The notes below the pieces were generated by a model, which was given only the letters and a program-made list of their open reading frames with translations, had not been told where the DNA came from and searched no databases. A stretch of DNA of 64,000 bases from a plasmid, in the sequence record CP071152.1; one strand, written 5' to 3'. Made by a program: the position numbers and the translations under genes. Positions 45,277 through 53,893 of the stretch are shown here, piece by piece (within the stretch, counting starts at the first letter, position 1; each line of letters begins with the position of its first letter).

Positions 45277-45510
45277 ATGAGCGAGTCACTGGATGTTGTC
45301 GGGCTGGAGTGCGAAGAGGCAATGTTCTACATCAAGGATGTGTTGCGCAAAGGCCACGGCCTGCCCCTGGCAGTGCGCTCAGCCAGCGCCCCGTTTCACC
45401 AACTGCTGAGTCTGTGGGCAAGCTCGACAGACCATCTGCTACACCCTGCGATCAAGCCGGTGCAGGGGGAGGTCTGGGAATTGACGGTCAGTAAGGTGAT
45501 GCCATGTTGA
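45277..45510 (+). CDS. Hypothetical small protein between the dndB-like and dndC-like genes
   Basis: ORF 45205..45510 with an internal Met start MSESLD. Confidence 0.25.
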   Translation: MSESLDVVGLECEEAMFYIKDVLRKGHGLPLAVRSASAPFHQLLSLWASSTDHLLHPAIKPVQGEVWELTVSKVMPC

Positions 45511-46622
45511 GCCATGTGGTGGGGTTGGCCGAGGTGGAAGCCTCCCTGCTCGGCGGCGAGCTGGCGGTGGCCAACATCGACCCGCGTCGAGAAGCCATTT
45601 TCGCTGCGGCCCGCGAACTGTACGAGAGCCTGATCGAAGGGCGCATCTTGCCGCTCATTCAGGCCCACAAAATACGCCTCGCCTGCTCGATGGGGAAGGA
45701 TTCATTGACTCTTTTGAATCTGTATGTAGAGGCTCACCGCCGCGCCAAGGAGCGGGACATTCCCGTTGCCGGGCCCCTTATTGTGACTCATGCGGACACA
45801 AAAATTGAGAGTCCAGTGATGAGCATGTTTGCAAAGCGGCAGCTGCGCCTGCTGGCGGCGTATCTGGATCAGCATGGGATTGCCCATCGGATCCTGACCG
45901 CAGAGCCGCAGCCTCGTTACTCATGGCCGGTACTCTACGTCGGTGGACTCAAGTTGATGACGGTCGGGGCGAGTGTCACCAGTGATTGCACGGTCGAGTT
46001 GAAGATTAACCCACTGCGAGCGTTGGAGCGCAAGTTGGAGAGGGAGTTCCCCGGGCTGGTGCTGGCCACCGGGGTGAGGCTGGACGAGAGTATCGCGCGT
46101 TCGCAGTCCATCAAGGAGATCGGGCTAGAGAGAGGCGAAGTGGTCGTTGGCGCGGATGGTTCCCGCAATGTGGCCCCTATCGTCGACTTGTCGACCCCTG
46201 AGGTGTGGCTCCTGTTGCGCTGTATGGGTGTAGGAGCGAAGCGCGAGTACGGCGATCACCTGCCGCACTGGGATTCATCTACAGCCTATCTCCGCCGCCT
46301 CTATAGCGACCAGGATGAGAGCAACTGTCCTATCTCTGGGTCGTCGGTGCTCCCCACGCGGGGTGGCTGTGGTGGGAGCAGCCTTCGCTCAGGCTGTGCG
46401 CTCTGCACAGTCGTCAACTCCGATAAACAGGCCGAGTCGTTGACCGACTTGCCCCAGTATCCCCAGCTGCGCAATCTGTTGGCCGTGAGGAACTGGTTAT
46501 CGAACAACTTCGCCAACATGCAGTACCGGCGCTTTCTGGCCCGCAAACCCTCCGCCGATGGGTACCTCAAACTCCAAGGTGACTGCTCCCCGCCGCAAGC
46601 GGCGAGGCTTCCCACTTCTTAG
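45504..46622 (+). CDS. DndC-like phosphoadenosine-phosphosulfate (PAPS) reductase-family PP-loop protein
   Basis: PP-loop SMGKDS (SGGKDS variant) and a C-terminal cysteine cluster (GCGGSSLRSGCALC); 372 aa. Confidence 0.65.
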   Translation: MLSHVVGLAEVEASLLGGELAVANIDPRREAIFAAARELYESLIEGRILPLIQAHKIRLACSMGKDSLTLLNLYVEAHRRAKERDIPVAGPLIVTHADTKIESPVMSMFAKRQLRLLAAYLDQHGIAHRILTAEPQPRYSWPVLYVGGLKLMTVGASVTSDCTVELKINPLRALERKLEREFPGLVLATGVRLDESIARSQSIKEIGLERGEVVVGADGSRNVAPIVDLSTPEVWLLLRCMGVGAKREYGDHLPHWDSSTAYLRRLYSDQDESNCPISGSSVLPTRGGCGGSSLRSGCALCTVVNSDKQAESLTDLPQYPQLRNLLAVRNWLSNNFANMQYRRFLARKPSADGYLKLQGDCSPPQAARLPTS

Positions 46623-46640
46623 GCCGCTACTGCCGAATTG
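46596..46640. repeat. IS200/IS605-family right-end hairpin/inverted repeat, copy 1 (GCTCCCCGCCGCAAGCGGCGAGGCTTCCCACTTCTTAGGCCGC)
   Basis: Matches the reverse complement of 51103-51145 at about 38 of 42 positions. Confidence 0.65.
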
Positions 46641-46645
46641 GCAGA

Positions 46646-47788
46646 TTAACGCTGGCCTCCATGGGTAGAAACGACGTGTCCCGCCGCCTTTAATTCCAAT
46701 ATGCCTTGTTGCTGGATATTCATGGCCGCGTTAATGTCGCGGTCATGCCCTGCCCCACGCTGGACATACCCACTGCCGCTGATGCAACGGCATGTCCGGC
46801 ATCTTGTGGCCGCAATCGCTACACAGTTTCGAGCTGGCAAACCACTGATCAAGTTTGATTAGGTGGCGACCCGCCGCTTGTGCCTTGTACTCCAGCTTCA
46901 TGATGAAACCATGCCAACCAGCATCGCCAATGGCGCGGGCCAGTTTGTGATTTTTCATCATGTTCGCTGATTTCAATGTCTCCACGATGACCGCTTGGTT
47001 TTCGTCAACCATCGTGTGAGAGAGTTTGTGCTGAAAATCGGCGCGGGCATTGGCTACCCGTTCGTGCAGGGCGGCCAGTTGCCGTCTTGCCTTGCCACGG
47101 TTGGCGCTGCCCTTTTTCTTGCGAGACAGTGCCTTTTGCTTGCGTCGTAGATTGCGACTGGCGTTGATAAGGTGGCGTGGATTGGCAATCTTTTTGCCGC
47201 TCGACTCAATGAGGTAGTGGGACAGCCCCATATCACAGCCAGTCACGTCCGTGATGAAGGTGGGCTTGGCGGGAGCCTCGCAGCCATCCTCGCAAAGGAT
47301 GGAAGCATAGTATTTCCCTGTCGGGCCACGGCTGACTGTGATGCTGGATACCACGCCGATAATATCTCGATGAATGACCGCCCTGATGGGCGTCATCTTC
47401 GGCAACTGGATAGCCGCTGTGAGCACCTTTCCGTTGGGGTGATAGCTGGATTGCCTGCCCCGTTTGCTCTTGAAGGTAGGCATTCGTGCCTTGAGCTTGG
47501 GATTGAAGAAGTTGGCGAATGCCTTGTCGAGATTAATCACCGCTTGCTGCAAGGCGAGTGAATCGTACTCCTTTAGCCAGCCGTATTTGCGCGATTTTTC
47601 GCCACTGCGAGCATGGGTTTCAGGTCGCGTTTCGGTTTCAGTGAAATCCCGTGACGCTTGAACATGTGTCGTTGAATATGAAGGGCCTTGTTGTACGCGA
47701 ACCGCACCGCGCCGAACTGGGCATTCAAGAATGCCGCTTGTTCGTCGGTCGGATAAATGCGTACTTTCGTTGCTCTTCTCAAAGTCAC
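46646..47788 (-). pseudogene. tnpB: IS605-family tnpB (RNA-guided nuclease homologue) disrupted by at least two frameshifts
   Basis: Three frames (46646..46852, 46743..47810, 47573..47788) together align along the intact TnpB at 49931..51103. Confidence 0.7.
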
Positions 47789-47815
47789 CGCTCGCTGCTA
47801 GGATACCCATACAGT

Positions 47816-48265
47816 ATGACTTTTAACGGAGTATTGCAAGTGAGTGTGCATCATGATGATTTGACTAGGTATCTGCGGAGGCGTCACTCCGTCAGCAAGC
47901 TAGTTGTGCATTTAATCTTCACCACGAAGTACCGCCGCAAACTGCTTGATGGCACCATGATCGAGCAGATGCGCGGCGCATTTTTATCTGCGGCAGAGAA
48001 GTTGGAGATCGACATTCTGGAGATGGATGGCGAAGCCGATCACGTTCATCTGCTCGTAGCCTATCCACCGAAGTTGGCCGTCAGTGTGTTGGTCAATAAT
48101 TTGAAGTCGATCAGTAGCCGCCAGATCCGCATATTGAATACGCACCTACGAAAGCAAAGTAATAGCGGGCTCCTGTGGTCGCGCTCTTACTTTGCTTGCA
48201 GTGCTGGCGGGGCCACTATCGAAACGCTCAAGGCGTATGTGGCCTCGCAGAACACACCAGATTAG
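47816..48265 (+). CDS. tnpA: IS200-type Y1 (HUH) transposase TnpA
   Basis: HSVSKLVVHLIFTTKYRRKLL...HVHLLVAYPPKLAVS...LWSRSYFACSAGG; start at MTFNGV inside ORF 47651..48265. Confidence 0.75.
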   Translation: MTFNGVLQVSVHHDDLTRYLRRRHSVSKLVVHLIFTTKYRRKLLDGTMIEQMRGAFLSAAEKLEIDILEMDGEADHVHLLVAYPPKLAVSVLVNNLKSISSRQIRILNTHLRKQSNSGLLWSRSYFACSAGGATIETLKAYVASQNTPD

Positions 48266-48266
48266 C

Positions 48267-48307
48267 TCCCCTTATATCCCCGCCCTAACGGCGAGGGTTT
48301 ACGGGGC
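48267..48307. repeat. Internal hairpin end (CCCCTTATATCCCCGCCCTAACGGCGAGGGTTTACGGGG)
   Basis: Inverted copy at 49836-49872. Confidence 0.6.
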
Positions 48308-48320
48308 AGTTGCTAACACA

Positions 48321-49817
48321 ATGAATGAGGTCTGGATGGTGAAGGTGCTCCGATGGCTGTTGCAATGCGACCGTGACGAGCAGCTGCGGGCCGAACAGTT
48401 CCATCAAGACCTGCTTACCGGGGAGTGGAGGGTTCACCCTGGGGTGCAAGCCATCATCCAGGATCACAAGCTGACGCCCGCACAGCGCATCGAGTGGCTG
48501 CACAGCTATCTCGAAGACATGGCGATCCCGACGTTCGAGCTAGTCACGCCTACCCAACTGTTGCTGATCGACGCCTTCTGGTCCAGAGACGGTTATAGGT
48601 TGGCCGCCTTCCAAGCATTATCCATCTGGCGTGAGGTTCATCACCTGGGCATCACCGTGCCCTACCCCGAGCTGGTGGGCGAGCGGGTGAAAGAGGAGAT
48701 CCCCGCACCGGTCTACTACCCGATCGGCAATGACCCGGCGCTGTTGTCCCTTGGAGACATCGAGCAGAGCGCGGTATTTGACCGCTACCTGGCCGATTTA
48801 GCGTCGTTGAGCTTCGGCAGCTGCGGTGGCGCGACCAAAATTGTGCGCAAGCAGGTGAGCAGCGAGCCGGTTCGCTACGGCGAGGTGGCCGGTGCCACAC
48901 TGTCCGGCTGGTTTGGCGACACGGAATCGGTCCCCCTCGTGGTCGAGGCCGAAGAAGGGGAGTGCGGCTACACGGTGGACGCGGAGGCCGCCGAGTGGAT
49001 ATGCGGCCCGATGATCTCGGACTATTTGGGGCAGATTGGCGAGCTGGACAAGCGGAGCAATGTGGCACTGCGCCGGTTGATCAGCGAAGGGGTGCTGCGG
49101 TTGTCGGTGCAGGCCCAGCGCAACACGGCAAGGTTGATGGCTCGTGCAGACATGTATGAGTCTGCCGGTATGAGCAGGCTCGAAGATGGGGATCCCGTGT
49201 TCTTGGCTGACTGCATCAGTCAGGCCGAATACGAGCGCCAGGTGGCCAGTTCCACGAACTCCACGAAGGACAACGAGCCGGCACCGGGCACCGAGGTCAT
49301 GGTCAGTGTCGAGCAGCAGTGGGCCGATCTGAACCGGGCTGTCGATTCGGTGCTGGCCTTGCACGCTCGCCTCGAACAGAAGCGGTTCGCGGTCACCCTG
49401 ACGCTGAATCAAATGGGCCAGAGCTTCCGCTTTGATGGGGTCAGGTACCAGGAGCTTCAACGGGTCATCAGCAACCAGCTCCAGGCCATCCAACTCCTCT
49501 TCGCCAAGCCCGAGTCCACCCTTGCCCTGTTGCCCTCTACGGCGAGCCTGTGTCGTGCCTTTGGCCGGGAGCGCACCCAACGCCTGCGGTTGCTCCAGCA
49601 ACGCGCCGGTGCTGCGATGCAGGGCCATCGTGAAGCAGCTCTTCGGGCGCTGGATGAGGCAGTCTGTCTCGCGCAGTCTGAAATGGGTCAGGGACCGACA
49701 CCATTCTTCATGGTGGGGGGTGGGATGGGCTTTATCGTGGAGGGGGCCAAGGCACGAGATTATCTGGATCTGATGCACCGCCTGCACAGCTTCAAGCGGC
49801 TGGCGAGAGCCAGTTGA
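48321..49817 (+). CDS. Hypothetical 498-aa protein bracketed by IS605 hairpin ends (passenger gene)
   Basis: Long ORF starting at MNEVWMVKVLRW; no recognisable motif; flanked by inverted hairpins. Confidence 0.5.
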   Translation: MNEVWMVKVLRWLLQCDRDEQLRAEQFHQDLLTGEWRVHPGVQAIIQDHKLTPAQRIEWLHSYLEDMAIPTFELVTPTQLLLIDAFWSRDGYRLAAFQALSIWREVHHLGITVPYPELVGERVKEEIPAPVYYPIGNDPALLSLGDIEQSAVFDRYLADLASLSFGSCGGATKIVRKQVSSEPVRYGEVAGATLSGWFGDTESVPLVVEAEEGECGYTVDAEAAEWICGPMISDYLGQIGELDKRSNVALRRLISEGVLRLSVQAQRNTARLMARADMYESAGMSRLEDGDPVFLADCISQAEYERQVASSTNSTKDNEPAPGTEVMVSVEQQWADLNRAVDSVLALHARLEQKRFAVTLTLNQMGQSFRFDGVRYQELQRVISNQLQAIQLLFAKPESTLALLPSTASLCRAFGRERTQRLRLLQQRAGAAMQGHREAALRALDEAVCLAQSEMGQGPTPFFMVGGGMGFIVEGAKARDYLDLMHRLHSFKRLARAS

Positions 49818-49835
49818 GTTAGCAGATGCCCCGTA

Positions 49836-49872
49836 AACCCTCGCCGGGCGGGGATATAAGGGGAGCGAATCA
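49836..49872. repeat. Internal hairpin end, inverted copy (CCCCGTAAACCCTCGCCGGGCGGGGATATAAGGGG)
   Basis: Near-perfect reverse complement of 48267-48307. Confidence 0.6.
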
Positions 49873-49930
49873 AGTCTTGTCTTGAAAAGTTAGTTGATAC
49901 TGTATATCTTTACAGTATCGCGTTTGAGTT

Positions 49931-51103
49931 TTGACTGTGAAAAGAGCCACTAAGGTACGCATCTACCCCACCGACGAACAAGCGGCATTCCTCAATGCCC
50001 AGTTCGGCGCAGTGCGGTTCGCGTACAACAAGGCCCTTCAACTCAAACGCCACATGTATCAACGTCATGGCGTATCGCTTTCGCCAAAGCGTGACCTGAA
50101 ACCCCTGCTTGCAGTAGCGAAAAGGTCGCGCAAATACGGCTGGCTGAAAGAGTACGATTCGCAAGCCTTGCAGCAGGCGGTGATCAATCTGGATAAGGCA
50201 TTCGCCAACTTCTTCAATCCCAAGCTCAAGGCTCAAATGCCCACCTTCAAGAGCAAGCGGGGCAGACAATCAAGCTATCACCCCAACGGGAAAGTGCTGG
50301 CTGAGGCCATCCAATTGCCGAAGATGACGCCTATCAAGGCAGTCATTCATCGTGACATTGTTGGCGTAGTGTCCAGCATTACGGTCAGTCGCGGCCCGAC
50401 AGGCAAATATTATGCTTCCATCCTCTGCGAGGATGGCTGCGAGGCACCGACCAAGCCTACGTTCATCACGAATGTGACCGGCTGCGATATGGGACTATCC
50501 CACTACCTCATCCAGTCCAGCGGCAAGAAGATTGCCAACCCGCGCCACCTGCTCAATGCCAGCCGGAACTTGCGGCGCAAACAAAAGGCGTTGGCTCGCA
50601 AGAAATGGGGTAGTGCCAACCGCAGTAAAGCAAGGCGGCAACTGGCAGCCCTGCACGAGCGGGTAGCCAATGCCCGCGCCGATTTTCAGCACAAACTCTC
50701 TCGCACCTTGATTGGCGATAGCCAAGCGATCATCGTGGAGACCCTAAAATCAGCCAACATGATGAAAAACCATAAGCTGGCCCGCGCCATCGGTGATGCA
50801 GGCTGGCATGGTTTCATCATGAAGCTGGAATACAAAGCCACAGCAGCAGGAGTGCATCTGGTCAAAGTTGACCAGTGGTTCGCCAGCTCTAAAACATGCC
50901 ATTGTTGCGGCCACAAGCTGACTGAGTTGAAACTCAGTGAACGGAGTTGGCAGTGTCCTTCCTGTCTGGTTATCAATGACCGCGACCTCAATGCCGCGCT
51001 CAACATCAGACAGAAAGGCATTCTGGAATTAAAAGCGGCGGGACTCGTCGTTTCAGCCCATGGAGGCCAGCGTAAATCCGTCACAGCGACGGTAGCGGCC
51101 TAA
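49931..51103 (+). CDS. tnpB: IS605-family TnpB (OrfB), intact
   Basis: 390 aa; zinc-finger CHCCGHK...CPSC; ~90% identical to the disrupted copy. Confidence 0.8.
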   Translation: MTVKRATKVRIYPTDEQAAFLNAQFGAVRFAYNKALQLKRHMYQRHGVSLSPKRDLKPLLAVAKRSRKYGWLKEYDSQALQQAVINLDKAFANFFNPKLKAQMPTFKSKRGRQSSYHPNGKVLAEAIQLPKMTPIKAVIHRDIVGVVSSITVSRGPTGKYYASILCEDGCEAPTKPTFITNVTGCDMGLSHYLIQSSGKKIANPRHLLNASRNLRRKQKALARKKWGSANRSKARRQLAALHERVANARADFQHKLSRTLIGDSQAIIVETLKSANMMKNHKLARAIGDAGWHGFIMKLEYKATAAGVHLVKVDQWFASSKTCHCCGHKLTELKLSERSWQCPSCLVINDRDLNAALNIRQKGILELKAAGLVVSAHGGQRKSVTATVAA

Positions 51104-51145
51104 GAAGTGGGAAGCCTCGCCGTTAGGGCGGGGAGCAGTCACCTT
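51103..51145. repeat. IS200/IS605 right-end hairpin, copy 2; expected to encode part of a TnpB-associated omega/right-end RNA
   Basis: Reverse complement matches 46596-46640; lies immediately 3' of the intact tnpB. Confidence 0.6.
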
Positions 51146-51205
51146 TTGTGGCTCTATTGAAAATTGAGTATCGTGGCGTTTTGCCTTGAACAAGGAGTGT
51201 TCTTG

Positions 51206-52381
51206 ATGTCGTTGTCTCCCATGGATCTTGCTCAGCATTACCTTGTTGATGATATACCCGCTGCGATCTCGATTGGCGATCCGCTCCATAGTCTGCTTGA
51301 GGCCATTTTCAGGAACGAGCCGCTGTCTGCCAGCAGCTATGGCATTCTCGCCAGCCACGGCCTCAGCGCCTTGAGAGGCTTTACCGAAGGCAATATGACT
51401 CTCACTGAGTTCAGACGCATGTCAGGTGAGGAGCGGGCGCAGCGCAGTTTAGCGACAGGCTTTTATAAGGGGCGGAAGATTGTGCATTCCTACCGACCAA
51501 CAACCTCGATGCCTCCAGCGCCCCAGCGAGAGTCGGAGCAGGTGAAGAGGATGATGCTGTTGCATGAACAACAGCGGAAGCTCCCAGCGCATAACGTCGC
51601 AGCTAAGAAGGGTATTCAGGGGGCGCTGAAAGCCATTGAAGCGCGACTGAACGTTGAGCGGGTCAAGCGTGTGAACGACCCCGAGCAGATCGCTAGGGTG
51701 AAGAACCAGGCGCTCAGGGAGAAATACGCCGTCCTTGCCTTTGTCGAACCTGACCACTTCAAACCACTCATGGCCATCCTGGACAAACTGGATGCTGGCA
51801 CCAGGTTACTTGAGGCCGAGACGATCTGGCTCAAGAGTACGGGGCGCAAGTATGAGACCAAGGCGGTCGTTCACGCCCACAACCGGCTGGAAGCCGACCA
51901 TTGGCTTGCCGAATACCGTAACAGCAAAAACCCTTGGAGTGCGGTCAATGCCAGCGGCCATTTACGCAAATGCGCTGCATCTGGTGAGGCGATCACTCTG
52001 CTCGCTGCCATCCCGGCCAAGCGCCAGGAACAGCCCAAACTCAAGTCCGCCATTCTGACTACCCATGGTGGCGCATTGCGTGACCAAGGCAATAGGACTG
52101 ATGCCATGGCCATGGGAGAGGAAGCACACCGCCTTCAACCCAAGAATTTCAGGCCATGCACACTCCTTGGCGCGGTCTGTATGGAGCTGGGCATGATCGT
52201 TGAAGGCCATGAGTGGTACGGCAAGGCAGAAGTCAGAGGCGCTAGCCGTGACAGCATAGAGGCCGATGTCCGGTCACTGCTGACCCGCATGACTGCCGAG
52301 AGGCGCGATTCGGTCGTTGCGGAGCTGCTGCGGATTGATCCAGCGCAATATCGGTGGCTTCGCAAACTGAGAACGGCTTAA
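51206..52381 (+). CDS. Hypothetical ~390-aa alpha-helical (TPR-like?) protein
   Basis: Start at MSLSPMDLAQ inside ORF 51164..52381; helical repeat-like composition. Confidence 0.4.
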   Translation: MSLSPMDLAQHYLVDDIPAAISIGDPLHSLLEAIFRNEPLSASSYGILASHGLSALRGFTEGNMTLTEFRRMSGEERAQRSLATGFYKGRKIVHSYRPTTSMPPAPQRESEQVKRMMLLHEQQRKLPAHNVAAKKGIQGALKAIEARLNVERVKRVNDPEQIARVKNQALREKYAVLAFVEPDHFKPLMAILDKLDAGTRLLEAETIWLKSTGRKYETKAVVHAHNRLEADHWLAEYRNSKNPWSAVNASGHLRKCAASGEAITLLAAIPAKRQEQPKLKSAILTTHGGALRDQGNRTDAMAMGEEAHRLQPKNFRPCTLLGAVCMELGMIVEGHEWYGKAEVRGASRDSIEADVRSLLTRMTAERRDSVVAELLRIDPAQYRWLRKLRTA

Positions 52382-52682
52382 CGTTCATCAGGGACAGCGA
52401 GCCCGGTTGTCCTCGAAGGACATCGCAATAATATGCCATCTTGCTTGTGTCACCCTGCGGGGGTCTTCACTGTCACCTCCTGCTGCAACCCCGACCATCT
52501 GAGGGTTTATTTCCCACTGCATCATTCTCTTTCGCTTCTTTTCGCTCTCTTCGTCTCTCTCTCACTGGGCCAGTTCACGCCCCCGAGGCTCAGCTGATGG
52601 GGTAGGGGAGGCGCACCGGTACCGAGGCGCTACCCAAGGACACCGCAACAGGCTATCATATTCGCAAATTGATTCATCAAAT

Positions 52683-52940
52683 GTGAGATATGACATGGAA
52701 GAGCTGAAAGCGAAATGGATCTTTGAGCAGGGTGGGTTCTCAAAGGCGATGATCGTGCCGACGCCGATGGGTCAGGGCTACCACCTGCACCTGGTTCAGT
52801 TCGGCAAACAGAGCGAAACCGTTGTCCTGGAACGACAACGCGGTGGCTGGCGTGTGTTCAAGAGCATCGACGCGGCGGCCAACACCGCAAACAACATTGG
52901 ATTTAGGCGGATAGAGGTCGATTTGTCGTCGATCCGCTGA
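52683..52940 (+). CDS. Hypothetical 85-aa protein
   Basis: ORF only. Confidence 0.3.
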   Translation: MRYDMEELKAKWIFEQGGFSKAMIVPTPMGQGYHLHLVQFGKQSETVVLERQRGGWRVFKSIDAAANTANNIGFRRIEVDLSSIR

Positions 52941-52982
52941 TGTCCTCCATGGAAAGCGAAGGCCATTGCGGCAGAAAGACTG

Positions 52983-53360
52983 TAATAGGATAAAAACCTA
53001 TTAGCCGTCTCCTGAATGCTATTGCATTGGTGATCATGTCGAAACTACCGCATAGGTAGATCAGTCATACCCTCGCTACCGTGGGGCTGGCAGTTGGCAT
53101 TGGCCAAAAGTCGGTCGTGCTCACCGTAACGGACGGTCAGGGTGAAGGCCTGCGTGTAATTGGCAACTCGGCACCGAGGTCTACGGGTGAGCGTCGCCAC
53201 GGTGAAGAAGATAAAAAGAATAGGTTGAGATCCTATTAGACAAGGGTGGTACTGGGCACATCACCCCTCAGCCCAGCTGGGCCACAATCCGATGAGCTTG
53301 ATCTCCTCCGTGGACATTGGCTATAACTGCTATGATTTCGGTGATAGGTTAAGATCCTAT
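52983..53360. repeat. Three dispersed AATAGG-N7-CCTATT-type palindromes (52983-53003, 53219-53237, 53344-53360)
   Basis: TAATAGGATAAAAACCTATTA; AATAGGTTGAGATCCTATT; ATAGGTTAAGATCCTAT. Confidence 0.55.
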
Positions 53361-53512
53361 TATTCATTACTCGCGATTCCGTTATTGACCTCCAAATAGC
53401 GGCACTTTCATTGACCACCCTCTAGCGGTACTCGAAATTGACCTCCATCTGGCATGACTATTACCAGCAGCACCGAAGCCTCTAGAGGTACCTGGTTGAG
53501 CAGTGCGAGCCC

Positions 53513-53893
53513 TTGTATGTGGTACCTGGGCACGAGCCCGAGTACGAGACCTACCAGCTTGTGGATGGGACAACCCGCGAGAGACTGCCAAAGTTCATTC
53601 ACTGGATAGGCCGATTCAAAGGGGATCATAGAGAGTATCAGGACCGCATGGCTGATCTGGAGGCGAGCTTCAAGCAGGCGATAGGCATCAAGTTCCGGCG
53701 ATACCCCATCAATTTACCGACACTTCACCACAACATCGAGCAGGTGAATATCAGCAGGCACCAGGCGTATCAGTCGACACAGGTGACCGGCCCACGCTTG
53801 GCCCTGGGCTCCCGTGATATGCCCAAGAACGCCATCAACCAGGAGTCGCTCAGGGAGGGGAGCCCGCAGAATTCGGAAAAAATCGTACGCTAA
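53513..53893 (+). CDS. Hypothetical 126-aa ORF whose 3' end runs into the Tn501-like inverted repeat (possibly a gene truncated by the transposon insertion)
   Basis: The ORF continues through the IR at 53857-53894. Confidence 0.3.

Noticed and set aside
48192-48320. N-terminal 43 codons of ORF 48192..49817 overlapping tnpA and the IS hairpin
   Set aside because: The extension overlaps the end of tnpA and the hairpin repeat; the MNEVWMVKVLRW start at 48321, located after the hairpin, is more plausible.
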